A stretch of DNA of 64,000 nucleotides from contig CM119270.1 in the NCBI GenBank assembly GCA_051294375.1, forward strand, positions 19,877,874 to 19,941,873, read 5' to 3'. Below the pieces are notes generated by a model, which was not told the origin of the DNA, searched no databases, and was given only the letters and a program-made list of their open reading frames with translations. The translations under genes were made by a program, and so were the position numbers. This DNA is from Paraspadella gotoi. Its lineage: Eukaryota > Animalia > Chaetognatha. Position 1 is the stretch's first letter. Each line of letters starts with the position of its first letter. This document shows, in pieces, positions 23,173 through 37,191 of this stretch.

Positions 23173-25954
23173 ATGCTGCGAATTCGGATGGAGGAAGATA
23201 GGAACGCCTATCGATGCTGTTTCTGCTGTCACGTCACGACGGGGACGATACTGCTGGGGCTGTGGCATTTGGTGAGTGGTGTGGCTGGGGCTGGTGACTG
23301 ACCCAAGGTTTTTTTGCGAGTGGCTTTGGGCGTGGGGATTTTTTTCTTAATAAATACTTGACCTCAACCTAATCTGGTCCCACTGACCAGGTGATCCAAA
23401 TGACGGTGCTGGTCATGTTCTTCGTGATGGTGATGCATCCCGAACTCGAACTCCCGACGCCCAACACCGGTGGCGCACTAGGGGGCGCCCTCAGATCGAA
23501 CGTGGAGAAGGGACGCCCTCTTCCAGTTGCGACCCCAGCGCCAGTGTCGGAGGAGGTGGGTGAAGTAGAAGTGTATTTAAATAATTAAAAATCTGTTTGT
23601 TACTTAAGAATTTGTTAAAAAACGGACATAATTTGCTTTCCATATTAACCCAAATATTTATTTTAAATAGTTTTTTTAAAAGTAGCCAAAACCCCACTCG
23701 GCGAAAGTAAAATTTTACCTTTCGATATCATTTAATACTAGGCTAGAGATGTTAATTAAGCTAACTCTCTCGTTCATCAGACGAAAATGTTCGATTCCAT
23801 CATGTCTCTCTACCTGGACAACAACAGCGGTGACGACGTAGACGCGGGCGGAGACGTCGTCGTCGGCGTCGTCAAGCCGGCGCCGGACAAAAAAGCGGCG
23901 CCCAAGTCCGCCGCCAAGACGACGGGTAAGTTTTGTTAGTAAGTTGAGTGGATGGGGCCGAAAAGGTAAGGTCAAAGCCGATGCTAATACTTGTGCTAAA
24001 ACGCCGGAGTTAATTTCCTTTTATTTATTTGTGTCATAATTATGATTGATTTTGGTTTAATTAAAAGACATTTATTCAGTATTTTGCGCTGTGTTAGCAA
24101 TAAATTTCTTTTCTCTCTCCTTTCTCCGTTTTTTTCCTCTTTCCTTTTCTCTCTCTTTCCTTTCCTCTTTTTCCTTACTTAATTCTTGCTTTTCCTTCCT
24201 TTTTTCTTGTTTTTCCGTTTTCTCTCTTCCGCTTTGTTTCCCCCCCCCGTCTCCCTTCTCTCCCTCTTTTCAGCTGAAGACAAATGCGTGGGGGCGGCGG
24301 TGACGGCCTGTTCCCTTGTCATCACGGTGATGCTGATCTACGGTACGGCGCGGGGCCGACCGGGGTATCTGATGCCCTTCTTTTGTCTCCAAGCCTTTGA
24401 CTTCTGCATCTCTTGTCTCACCGTCGTCGGGTATCTCTCTTACATGCCGGACATCAAGGCCTGGATCAAGGAACAGGTGAGGCGTGAATCATTGCGTGAG
24501 GACTGACGTGAGAGATATGAATGTTATCACAAGCAACGGGGATTAAATTTATTATTTTCTAACATTAGATTAATTCTGGTGTCGTAAAAGGGTCCTTTTG
24601 GTATCTTTCCTACTTTTCTGTTATCATTTGCCGAATTAAGTCGATAACTACAACTCAATAACCATCAATTTATCTCCTACGACTTTTGCCCCCTTCTAAC
24701 TTACCTTTCCCCAGCCGGACCTACCCTACCGCGAAAAGTTGCTGCAGATGCCGCCGCAGTCGCTGGATCTCCTCGCGATCAGCTTCTTCTTCCTGGTGGT
24801 CGTCGTCAAAGCTTACTTTCTCGGGGTGGTTTGGTCCACCTACAAGTACCTGGCCACAAGGTGGGTAGTTCGATCGGGTGGTTGAGGCAGTTAAATTGGA
24901 CCTTTGCCCTTTCGCCGAAAAAGCGTTGGTTTCCCTTATGTCATCGAATCAAAATATTTTCTCACAGATGAATTTATCGGTCGAAGTTACGTTTAATACT
25001 GTTATTCCGCTGTCCCTTCTGACTTCTGTTTCCTCTGTCTTTCCTGTACCCCTCTCCGTTTTTCGCTCCACTTTTCCAACTCTTTTGATATTGTAAATCA
25101 CGTAAATCACCCCCTGAATTTTATTATTTTAAATTTGTTTTTTAAATATTTTTGATATCTTTTAATTAGTATTTTTTTTCTTTTATTTTATATTATTCTA
25201 TTTTTTATTTTATGTATTTATCAAAGCATTTTAATCATATATAATATATTGAAACAAAAATAATATTATTTGGATTTATAAAATATTTTTGCAAGTAACA
25301 AAATGTTATTAGTGCCACGGTAACAGTTAAGTTTAAGCCCTTGAAATTTATTTACATGTATTGGCGCAGCCACTGGTTATCCTTTCGCTTTAATACCTTC
25401 CTTCCTCACTTTAATCCCACATTCCTTTATTTCCCTCTTCCTCTCCTTTTCCTCCCAGTTTCTTCTCTTTCTACCTCCTTTTCTCTCTTTTTCTTTTCTT
25501 TCCTCCGCGTAAACCTCCTTCACTTTTACATGCTCTACTTCTTATTCTCACCCTATAATCCTCACCCTCTTCTAATCCTCACCTCCTCTAATCCTCACCC
25601 TCTTTTCCGTTTCCCCCCCACCCCTTCCCAGATCGTCGGGTCCAGATTCGCGATCGGAAACGATTCCATCTCCTCTTTACTTTCCTTTGCTGAGGACGAC
25701 TCGCGTCAACGACGACGACGACAGCGACGATCTCCCGGATCAGCCGGAGGTGATTTTTAAATATTATTTATTATTATTTATTAATTCGTTTATCGTTTAT
25801 CTAGTCTCATTAAATACTCAATATTAACTCTCAGGGCGCCCCTCTTCTTCCGCCGAAATACGAGGACGCCATCAAAGCCCCGAAGACCGAGGCGCCTCTG
25901 GACTCGGTCCCCCCTCCGCCGCCCTACACCCCTTTCGCCCCCGGCCTCTTCTGA
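23173..25954 (+). CDS. LAPTM4: Lysosomal-associated transmembrane protein 4 (LAPTM4/Mtp family), 331 aa
   Basis: Exons 23173-23271, 23391-23555, 23781-23925, 24274-24476, 24715-24860, 25632-25749, 25835-25954 in frame. RCCFCCHVTTGTILLGLWHL, MLIYG..YLMPFFCLQAFDFCISCLT, LPYREKLL, KAYFLGVVWSTYKY, and C-terminal PY motifs LPPKY and PPPPY. Confidence 0.93.
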
Positions 25955-26456
25955 AGCCTTCGTTCTTGCAAACAAAAAGGGGGAGAGGAGCGGGGTCGAA
26001 TTTAAGCCCATCGGGCATGGGAAATTTGGGTCGGGGACAGTCTTTTTGAATCGGGAGGAAGAGAGAGGAGGTGGAAGAAGAAATGAAGGAAAGGAGAAAA
26101 GGGGGGGGGAGGCCCGTAAAAATAAGGGGAAGCGTTTTTTTTTCCGGTCGGAGAAAAAAAATTGAACTCTTCTGCTTTTTCGTCAGAAAATGACAAAAAA
26201 TGACAGAAAATGACAAAAAAGAAGCCAAAATTGCGATTTTCGGGCGGGAAGACAAACAACTTTTTTGGGGGGGTAAACTCGATCACGAATTTTGAATGAT
26301 TTTTTTTTTTTGTTTTGTTGAGACGAAATCAAGTTTTCTGGGTTGTTTTTTTTAAATTGAATAATCGGTGATTTTGAGATGAGAAGAAGGAAAATCTGGA
26401 ATGAAATATTTAAATCTGGAAAGTGTAGCGACTACAGAAGTCTTCATATTATAAAA

Positions 26457-26985
26457 TATCGGGTTATTTTCTGACACGACTCGGTTCCCACCAAACTACC
26501 TGATGGAAATTTATGAAATTTTACATATCGAGACAGGAGATTTGGTGGCCCGGAGCGGGACCCCTGGGGGTTAAAAGAAGTTTAATTTTTTTTAAATTTC
26601 TTATAAATTTCTTATTTCTTTGGTCGCATCATGTGCATTGATGTCTTAAAAAATCCATCTTAGAACTTAAGTTGATGAATTTTCGCTAATTTATCGGTTT
26701 TCTCGATTTATTCCAAATCTGATATGAACGTATGAGGTTCATGAACGTTTAAATTCAGATAAACTATTTTTTGGTGGTAATCAATGCAGTTTTGTGGAAG
26801 AGTAATTGTCTATTCAAAAAAAATTTTGCCGATTTTTGTCCCTCTGGGGTAATCCCCTGGCCCCTGGGGGCCTATATCTCGGCTCAAGGGTCAAACATTG
26901 AAATTCGCCTCGATGGTTCTATTTGTCAAATTTGAACGAATTTGGTCGAGCAGCGGGGTCGGAACCGTCAGAAAACAACCAGATC
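26457..26985. mobile_element. MITE-like element with terminal inverted repeats
   Basis: Left atcgggttattttctgac vs right gtcagaaaacaaccagat; internal roughly mirrored GC blocks (gaccCCTGGGGG ... CCCTCTGGGG/CCCCTGG); no ORF; lies between convergent LAPTM4 and DYNLRB 3' ends. Confidence 0.5.
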
Positions 26986-27781
26986 ATTTTATAATAATAT
27001 TTTATTATATCATATGTTATTTATATGAAGCCTTCTTTAGTGAATCTTCGTCGTTCGTGTACAGAGAAAAAAAAATATTCACTTCTCATCGTAATTGATT
27101 TATTTTTCATGCATTTTTTTATTTTTTTTTTTTGAAAAGGAAAACTATTATTTAATTTTTAGAAAATATTTTATATAAAAATTTTTCTCGTTTCTGTTTA
27201 ATTTCTTTAACGTGGTCAAATTGTTATCGGCTTATTTTCATCAAGACGGTACTAACGATAATATAATGTATATTACGTATTAATGTTCAAATTAAATGAT
27301 TACCAGCGCAGATAAAAAACGTCGGAAATTTAGATTTTCAACTAAGAAAAAAAAATTATCGACGTAGGCTGACTATGATGAAGCCGATCGTATTTAATAA
27401 TCTCCAAAAGAAGTTCAATATTAAAGCTGTGAATTGTTATTTTTGGGACGTTAGAAAAAACATGTTAGAATATAAGTTCGTAATCAGTAGTCACAATAAC
27501 TTGATGGTTAAGTGTTGATGTATTTGATAACCGATTGTCGCAAGTAGGTGTGTTAAATGGAGATTGTCTTAAAATTTAAATGCAAATTCTGGTGGCAAGA
27601 ATACAGGGAAGAAAACGGGGAAGAAGAATACAAAGTGTGTCAAAAAATGTGAGCGGAAATAATTTGAGCATCGGTGATTATAAATGATCTCAAAAAAAGT
27701 AAATAGTTTAATGTTTGGCTAAAAAAAGCCCGTCATGGCAAATTCCTTTTTTTCCCCCCGAATTTCTCGTCTTGGGGATTC

Positions 27782-29090
27782 TCACTGTTCCGGTTGTTGA
27801 ATGACGATGAGGAGGTAATTTCCATCCGGCGCCACCATAATCTCGTGCTTTTTCGACCTCACCTGGGTAAGAGAAACGGTGTAGACGAAATGTAGTCTCG
27901 TCATCATTCTGCCATCATTGTGATCATGTGTGATTATTTTTGGTAAACTTAAGTGGCATCAAGTTGACCTTATATTTATAAGCGCCGCGCAAGCGGGCGT
28001 TAATCATACTTTGGTCCAGAACTTTGGATTTCTATTATATAATGGTATAACCTTGTGTTGTATAGATGCTCCCTCTATTTCATGAAGACAACACTGACTT
28101 AGCCTTCCCAAAATGAGTTTATTAGTTTGAAATAGAAAAACATCGATTTGGGAAACGGTGCTATTTTTATTGAGACCATGCATTCAAACCATTTAGCTGG
28201 TGCATTATTCAAGGCCAGAGAAATTGTGGTGAGGTAAAAAATAAATATATATATTTTATTTTATTTACAAATAAGAGAAGGTGAGAGGAAGAGGAGGAGA
28301 CTCAGAGAGAAAGAGAGAGAGAAACTTTCAACCAAAAAGGGATTAATCCCTCATCCCCCTCCCCCCCCCTGTTTTTCGTTCGCGTTTATTAGTTATAATG
28401 ATAAGTAAAAAAAATTTAAGAAAGCAATAAATATATATTTAATGAATATAGGTTAAATAGTAAATTCTTCATAAAATAGAAAAATAGAAAATAGTGAAAC
28501 AAGTAGTTTGCAAATTTTCATATGTACAAAATCACGGTTTAGAATCTTCCCGAAAGTAAAAGTTACCCGTACAAAAAATCCTTACCCTGAGAAAAGTGAG
28601 GTCGTTTTGTGGATCAAGATCGCGGACGCAGCTCTTGGCTTTGAGGCCCAATTGGTGCAGGAGGCCAGAATATTGGACGGTCGTCGAATTGTCCAGCGTC
28701 GTGCGGATGGGGATACCTGGTGAAGTGGGTTGTCGGGGGGGGGGGAAGTTGATGAAGGTAAGCAATAGTCGAGGCGAGGTCTTGACAGAAGAATAAAATT
28801 GTAACATGTTAGAGCGAAACTACATTATATTTTTGAAGGACAACGATCGATAGTCTCATTGATTCTTTCCACATCAAGAGGAACAAAAGGTAAACATTTA
28901 AAAAAAAAAGTATAATTTAAAGACATTTTCCCCTTGACTCCCATTGTGAATCGTCTGACATCAAACTTGCGCTCAAAACTTTATTCCCACGAACCTATCC
29001 AATTTCCTTACCCTCATTGTTGACGACGATGACCCCAATGACCCCTTTATGAGCCTGAATCCTCTTGAGAGTCTCTTCCACTTCGTTCAT
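27782..29090 (-). CDS. DYNLRB: Dynein light chain roadblock-type, 96 aa
   Basis: Exons 29090-29012, 28716-28586, 27862-27782: [96 protein letters not shown]. Confidence 0.97.
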
Positions 29091-30370
29091 GATTCCAAGA
29101 TCGATCCTTTCCGTTCGATTGTAGAGAAGAGTACAAATATAATGGTAAAGATTGTAAAAGGAGATAGAGGTACAACAGATGATTATAAAGGTTGTATACG
29201 AATGATGACGGAGGTGGTACTTGAGCCTAAAAGCTCGATCGCCTTGACAACGACTGTTCTTTTTTTTTTTTTACCAATGGGAGAATTAGCGCCTCAAGTT
29301 CACGCTAGTTGTCAGCACTGAATGTATTTGTCGAGAAAAAAATTTAACAAAAGATATTGGTGGTTCGTTAAGAGGAAAACATGGTTTTAATTTTAAGTTG
29401 TTTTATGAACTACGTCGGGATGTTTTTTTAATTTTAAATTTAAACCGTGAGTTAAGAGTTTTGAGATATGAATCGAAATCCTCGATTAAAATCGATGTCA
29501 TTTAATTCCTACAAAAACGGAGTAGGGACCTCATGAACGTCAAACAAAGCTGAGATGCAATTTTAAACTTTAATTCTTACTATTTGCTAAATAAATTATT
29601 ATTTTTCTCATCACATAAGGACGATTTACGATGATGACAACGACGACATGATTGACATTAGAACTGAGGACGACGACGACGGCGGCGGCGGCGGTAGCGA
29701 TGCAAGCGGCGGAAGCGGTGGCGGCGGCGGCAGCGGATTATCTTTCCTGTCAACGAAATCAAAAACTCGATGAGAAACTCGAACGGAATATTCATGAAAA
29801 GAGCGTGACTTTTTTTTTTCCGAATTTGAAGCGTGACAAGCGTGACAAGCGTGACAGCCGTGACATACGCGTTGAAGAATTACAGACGCCTCAGCGATTT
29901 CTTTGGTGTCATTCTTTGTCAGTTTCTTTCTTTCATCTTCGCCATAGTCCGGCTCTTTCTTGTCATCGTATGATTACGGCAGGTAATGGTACAGTTTAGC
30001 CTATTAAGCTCTATGCCTCTTAACAAAATAATTCGAGACCCTGCAAAATTAAAGTGTAGTTTATTAATTATTAGTTTATTAACCTGGCTTCCCTATTATT
30101 CATATACGTATCATTCATTTCTGTTACGAGCGGTCTGCGGATTACACTACCTTTTTTCAGGACAAGCATTCGTAATATTCTTTTTATACGAAATTATATC
30201 CATCACCGCCATAAAAACCTGAAGACCATAAACTGCATTTCCAATAAAATTAAAATAACTAAAATAACTAAGAAAAACTAAAAATTTTAAATATTGGTCA
30301 AAATTGAATTAAATGAAGAAAAAGTTCCAGATGGGTGATAACTCCTCATCTGATTTGCTGCTTAGCCGCT

Positions 30371-30444
<74 letters not shown>

Positions 30445-30702
30445 TTTTTTGCTTTTATTTCTCTCATTGAAAGCTGTGACAGCCTGTCAATCATGTCGTT
30501 AGTCGTTATCACAAATGATGACGACTTTGATGTAGTTTATGATTATTATGACGATAAAGTTAAAGATGAAAATAATGTAAATGATGATGATGATAATGAC
30601 GATAATGATGTTGAAGATGATGATGAAGACGGCGATGATGTCACGTGATTGACTTCCGATTTTTCGATCACTAAGTGATAAGAATGACGACTATCACCGG
30701 AT

Positions 30703-30758
<56 letters not shown>

Positions 30759-32772
30759 ACATGGTGAGGCGATTCGTCGGTCGAGGCCAATTCCATCACC
30801 AGATTCTCAAATCAAAGGGAGACGACGACGATGATGACTGACGTCTTATACACGTGACCGAATGATGGCCCTTTGATGTCGCCGATGTTGACGGTGCCAT
30901 CGGTGTCGTCGTCGTCTTCCTCGTCGTCGTCGTCGTCCTCATTATCAAATGAATCTACTTTGTTCGAGACGAGATTTTCCATTGAATTTTCTTGATGAAA
31001 AAAAGTTTTTTTTCAAAAAATTAAAATTCGAATTCGAGCAGAAGACTTATCGGTTAAGTGACCATATTTTGTACATATAAAAAATAATAAATAATAAATT
31101 GTATTATAAAATAAAAATTGAATTATTTTGCATAATTTATCATAATTCGATGTTCTGTCATGATANNNNNNNNNNNNNNNNNNNNNNNNNTAAGTGGAAT
31201 GCCCGACAAGATTGGGGGGTGGGGGACCAGACGGAACCGACAAACGTGAATTATAGAGCCGGAATCTGCTGTGAAGTAAGATTGCCGGATAAAAATAATT
31301 TTTTATAATTTCTTAATATTTTTATATAGTGTCTGAATTTTAAAGTTATAAGTTGAGCGCGCGTTTTTTTTTTTTGGGCACAGGGGAGTGTATAAAGAAC
31401 TGTATATTCTAATTAAACTAATTGATTGCGGCTGCTCACATAGCTGGATCACTCCTGGCTGCTGAGCTTCGAGAAGCCCCTACTAAAAATATGAAAAAAA
31501 TACGTTTGAAAGTTCATTTGGGGGAAAAAAGGTCCAATAGGCTTGAAGGCACCTCGTTGCTCTTTTTGAATTGATATCTCTGGGCTCTCATTATTAAGGC
31601 TTTTATTGCCAGCTCTACTAGGTCTAGCACTCCACATATTGGTTCTACTTTTATCAAATTCTTTTAAAATATGTTTAATAATTTTTAATCTTTTATTGTT
31701 TTTTTATTGTTTTATTTGTCTCTCTCTCTCTCTTCTCTTACTTTATATAAAATATATATATATAAATATTGGTCCTATATTCGTGTTATGCCTATGAGCA
31801 GATGAGGCTAGAGAAGTCGAAATGTATAACATCAGATACTAATCGCGATATCATGATATTTGATGAGTTTTTTCCGTTCATAATTAAATTATGAATATGG
31901 TTAGAGCATAAATGTAGCAGACTTAAAAACCACCTTTTGTATCAAACTGTTGATTTAATGTCGCCTTAAGGAGTGTCTGTACATTGCAACGGCACATAGA
32001 ACTTTAATAATCTCTCTTTTCAAATCCAAATCTCTCTCTCCTCTCTCTCTCATCTAATCTCTCATCTAGTCTCTCTCCTCTCTCTCTCTCTCCTCTCCTC
32101 TCGTCTCTCTCTCTCTTTCTCATTTTAGGTAATTTTAAACGAGGCTCAGTTCACCGAACTCTCCGCACACTTTTTTATCACCTGACACTTCTGCGCCCGA
32201 AACGGCAGACGACGTCTTTTGCCAGGATGGAACGATTTTCCTAACAAGCGGAAATTGCCCTACCTAATAATATAGACGACGGACGGGACATACGGACGGA
32301 AGATGGATAGGTGGATCGACGGGGACAAACTATGGGAGGTGACCGAATCTGCAATCTGCAATCTGTAATCTGCAATGACCAGATCAAATGATTTCGACTC
32401 AATCTTAACTTCTTTATTATTTTAATTAATTTCATATCGTTTTACACTATATTTGTGAAATTTATGAAATGGGATAATACAATATTTAATTTTTTTATAA
32501 TTTTTTTTTACATGTTGAAACATTTTCTGCCATCACATTTAAAATATTANNNNNNNNNNNNNNNNNNNNNNNNNNNNNNNNNNNNNNNNNNNNNNNNNNN
32601 NNNNNNNNNNNNNNNNNNNNNNNNNNNNNNNNNNNNNNNNNNNNNNNNNNNNNNNNNNNNNNNNNNNNNNNNNNNNNNNNNNNNNNNNNNNNNNNNNNNN
32701 NNNNNNNNNNNNNNNNNNNNNNNNNNNNNNNNNNNNNNNNNNNNNNNNNNNNNNNNNNNNNAAGGTTAATAA

Positions 32773-35254
32773 GAAAATGAAGAAAAAGGAGAGGACGAGG
32801 AAGGAAAAGAAAAAAGAAAAGATGTTATTTCATTGCAGTACGTGGCGGGTGCCGAAAATATACGGAAATACATTGGCGCAACACAACATTTTAATTTCGG
32901 TTTTTATGCGGAAGAAGAAGTAGAAAATAAACAAAGAAGTAGAAGAGTTAAAGAAGAAACAGAATTAAATGATAAAATACAAAAATACGTTCGTTGATAA
33001 GGCGCTAAGTGGGCTGAAGATTTTGGAATTACAAATCTCTAATTGATAAAAAATGGTGAATTCGGGAAAAAAGGATTTTGTTTTCATGATTATTCTTGGA
33101 GTTGCAGATTGGGTGACAGACTTCAAGACGATTATTGATCATTTAACATCAAAAGATTACACTTCAATGCTGTTTGGGTTAGCATTTTGCGCTGTAATGC
33201 TAATTCATAACTTTGTATCATTGCTTTATGGATTGGTTATTTTAAAAAATTATGAAAATCATTTTTTAAAAATATGGAAAACCCAATATAAAAAACTGGT
33301 GACTGGGTTCTTTTTTTGTGTTGGACTCGGAACAGTGCCGATATTATATGATTTAAAATTGACAAAAGAAACTGAACCAAAAAAATTGATAATTTATAAA
33401 GAAAACATTTTATTTGTTTTAAATATCATTCATGTTGTCTTAGAGTCATTTCTTCAAATGCTTTTGCAAACAGCATCACTTCTGTACAACATGATTTTTA
33501 ACAATGATGAGCAATGTTTTATTGATGATAAGGATTTAGTCAAAACGTTTTATAGAAGACTCCTGAAAGGAGTGGTATATTATCAGGCAGAAAATGAGAC
33601 TTGTGTTTGTGTCATAGAATTGAGTGGACTTTATTAAAGTCAAAGTATGTCTGTGAATGGAGAATTAAGGAATATTTTCCAATTTTGTCTCTTTTACTAT
33701 CAAATATATTTCTAATCACGGCATCGTCAAACCTAAGGTCCTCTGATTTGAAGGGTAAAAAGAAAAGGGTCAGCTTCTTCTTAGGTTGTTTGCAAGGAAT
33801 GGTTGGTATTTCTCTGAGTTTGTATTTGATTACCTCTAGCGCATTGAGATATTCATTTTGGATCGTCGCTATTACTCCTTTTTTGATCTTAAGAGTTTTT
33901 ACAATAACCCAATTGAAATTCATCATAAACTCAGCTTTTCTCAAATTTAATGACCCTGTTCCAAAGGCAAACAGTAGCTATTGGATTCAAAACTTTTTGA
34001 TGATTTTTTGTAATTTGTTGATTTTTGCAGTGGCTTTGTCTTATGATAGTTCTTACGATATAGTTTTTAATCATAATAGAGAAATTGAAAAAATTTCTTT
34101 TAAACAGAGGGAACATAAAATATTACCTTATGTATATACAAAAAAAAAATGGCGATAATTCCTTTAAATCGTGGGAAACTTCATTTACTACTCCTTATTT
34201 TCAAAGATGTATGAATAAAAGCTTTTGTGTTTTTAATAACCTAGTTTATATTGTATTGGGAAATAGTGCAATTTATCTCATTCAAGATAAAACGATTTTT
34301 ATGATATTTACTATTGANNNNNNNNNNNNNNNNNNNNNNNNNNNNNNNNNNNNNNNNNNNNNNNNNNNNNNNNNNNNNNNNNNNNNNNNNNNNNNNNNNN
34401 NNNNNNNNNNNNNNNNNNNNNNNNNNNNNNNNNNNNNNNNNNNNNNNNNNNNNNNNNNNNNNNNNNNNNNNNNNNNNNNTGATATCGAAAAAAATATTTT
34501 TTCAATATATTTTAGCTATCGAATCTTTATTATATCTTGGAGCCATGCCCTTTTTGCATTCTCAAGAAAATAAACCTTCTAAGGCTTTAATGATCTTTTT
34601 CTATCCATTGACAATTTTATTAATTTTCTTAATAGCCCAGAAANNNNNNNNNNNNNNNNNNNNNNNNNNNNNNNNNNNNNNNNNNNNNNNNNNNNNNNNN
34701 NNNNNNNNNNNNNNNNNNNNNNNNNNNNNNNNNNNNNNNNNNNNNNNNNNNNNNNNNNNNNNNNNNNNNNNNNNNNNNNNNNNNNNNNNNNNNNNNNNNN
34801 NNNNNNNNNNNNNNNNNNNNNNNNNNNNNNNNNNNNNNNNNNNNNNNNNNNNNNNNNNNNNNNNNNNNNNNNNNNNNNNNNNNNNNNNNNNNNNNNNNNN
34901 NNNNNNNNNNNAAAAGAAGCCTTGACAGAAATACAGTCCCCAAAAGATTCATAAGGGTGTTTTAATTTTAATAAAAACTTTTTCTTTTTTATGTGCATTT
35001 CGTTTTTTCCAATTTTTAATCAAATATTTATATTACAAGGGAAATACAAATGTTTTAGATTTTTTTCAAAAACTAATTGGTTTTTACTAATTTTATTTTT
35101 TTATTTATGTCTATCTAAATTACTAACAGTTTATGCCGATTATGTCAATCCAAGTGATTCAAAACCATCATTTTTTTATGTCAAATATTTGTTAACAGAA
35201 TCTTGCATGGTTTTTTTAATCACTCCGAGCGTGATTTTGCTTCTGCATGCCTAA
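32773..35254 (+). pseudogene. XK-related (Xkr)-like multipass membrane protein sequence, intronless and disrupted (pseudogene or indel-ridden assembly)
   Basis: 33053-33637 has ADWVTDF and HVVLESFLQMLLQ, resembling XK-family D..TD and ES.PQ..LQ motifs; further hydrophobic segments continue in shifted frames (33601-34158, 34085-, 34991-35254); in-frame stops upstream at ~32995-33042; AT-rich codon usage unlike neighbouring exons; two N gaps. Confidence 0.5.
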
Positions 35255-36549
35255 CTTTAGATGGGAAAGATTTCCCAAGCAGAAACGTTCCTTTTTAGCC
35301 AGGAATGATCTAAGTTTGAGTTTATTTGTCAGTTCTACGTAAATAGCTAAGTACCCCGTGAGCCAAATCAACTGATACAAAAGAAAAATTAATTACAGGT
35401 AAACTATAAGACAATGCATAAAATTAATGATACTTTAGTATGATAGTACTATAGTATAGTACTAATTGATCTAAAAATAATTAACATTTTTAAGATGTTC
35501 AAAACCTGTATGTATGTATTATTAATATAAAGCTTCAAGTTTAACTCACAGATAAAGAAATGTGCTAAAAATTTGCATGGGTACGTTTCGCCACATTAAC
35601 TTTCACCGTGTCGTATTCTTAGCTAATGACTGCTATTTAATTGCTAATCAATTGCTATTCCTTTCTTTTCTTTGGCGCTCGTGCACAACTTTTTGGTCTA
35701 AAATCGAATGAAAATAATAGTTTTAGGGTGGACTAAAATCCANNNNNNNNNNTATAACAATAATTACTATCTCTTCAGTTTGTTGAAAAGCTCCGCGCGA
35801 ATATCCTCTCTGGTGGTATCCCGCCTGGAAGTTGGTATTCCGGTGAACCATCTTTTCTCCAAGCCACTGGTATATTGGATTTTAACGAAGGATCCTGAAC
35901 TACAAATCCTTAAGTGACAGGTTTTGCCTAGAAATCCCTGTCTATTTACTGAATTGTTAGTTTTTTAAATCACAGCAAAAGATACAACAAAGTGTTTTAA
36001 AAGCAGTATAATTTAAAAAAAATAACAGTAAATTTTACAAAATATCGATGAAACAAATTGGAATTATTATTATTCAAATTTCAAAATATGTTTTGCGATG
36101 AACAACATGAACCAACTAGTTTGGTTTTTAAAAGGCGGAGAAATCAAACATATTACCTCGAATAAATGATAAAGAGCACGAATTTACTTTTTTTAGATAC
36201 TTATCCTCTTTTCGGCATTTTATTCCCCATTTCATCTTTATTAAATTCGGTGTAAACTATAATGGCTCGTCGAAATCTTATTTTTTGACCGTACTTATTT
36301 GTTATTTGTCGAATCTTTTGTCGATATTTTTTTGTCATAATTTGCTTTCTAAAGTTGCATCACCCGTCATTAATACAAATAAAAGTTTTTAAACCTTCAT
36401 CGCCACTTTGTATTCATTTAATCTCCTCATGATTCAGAAAAATATTCATAAAAAAACCTCGGAAGGGACGGACGACGCCTCGAACGCTTGACGTCGCGAG
36501 CGTGAAATACAAGAAGATATTTCACATTTGGTAATAAGTTATTTTTTTA

Positions 36550-36806
36550 AGAAAAATATTATTTTACAGGTTAAGGTTAGGGATAAGATTAGGAATTACG
36601 TGGTTAAAGTTTGGGATTAGGGTTAGTGATTAGGTTATGTATTAAGAAGAAATATTTAAGATTAGCATTCAGGATTAACTTAGGGTTTGAGATTAAGGAT
36701 TAGGGTTAGGCAATTATGAATTTTAATATATGTTTAGGAAAATATTAAAATTAAAATTAAATTCCTGGATTAAGTAACAGAAATAGGGTGCTATTGGAAA
36801 AGAGTG
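36550..36806 (-). mobile_element. CCTAA-repeat MITE-like family copy (reverse orientation)
   Basis: Degenerate TTAGGG/TTAGG array ending aacagaaatagggtgctattggaaaagagtg, the reverse complement of the family 5' end (ctcttttccaa...atttctgtt). Confidence 0.5.
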
Positions 36807-36923
36807 CCAAAAACAGAAATGGGGCGCACTGGGAATATAAATGCCCTTTTTTTCTTGTTAATCTCTCATTTATTTTTTTCTTGGTTAAATCAGAGGTTAA
36901 CTCCAGTCAAGGGACAAAAACCT

Positions 36924-37072
36924 TCAAAATATTTTAGCCAAAAAACAAACAAAGAAAATAAACATGACAAAGACGACGATGAAAAAACATGATTGACGTT
37001 GAAAAGGCATGGCCGAAGAGTGAGCAGGGACTTCTTCTTCAATGTCTTTGTCATTATAATCTCTTCCTTGAA

Positions 37073-37106
<34 letters not shown>

Positions 37107-37154
37107 CGATTCGCGATGTCGTTGCCGCGATTCATCAGAGTTTCGATCCTTCAT

Positions 37155-37191
<37 letters not shown>

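Noticed and set aside
31428-31476. ctggatcactcct resembling rRNA (16S 3' end / 5.8S 5' end)
   Set aside because: Only ~10 nt of similarity; surrounding sequence not rRNA-like.
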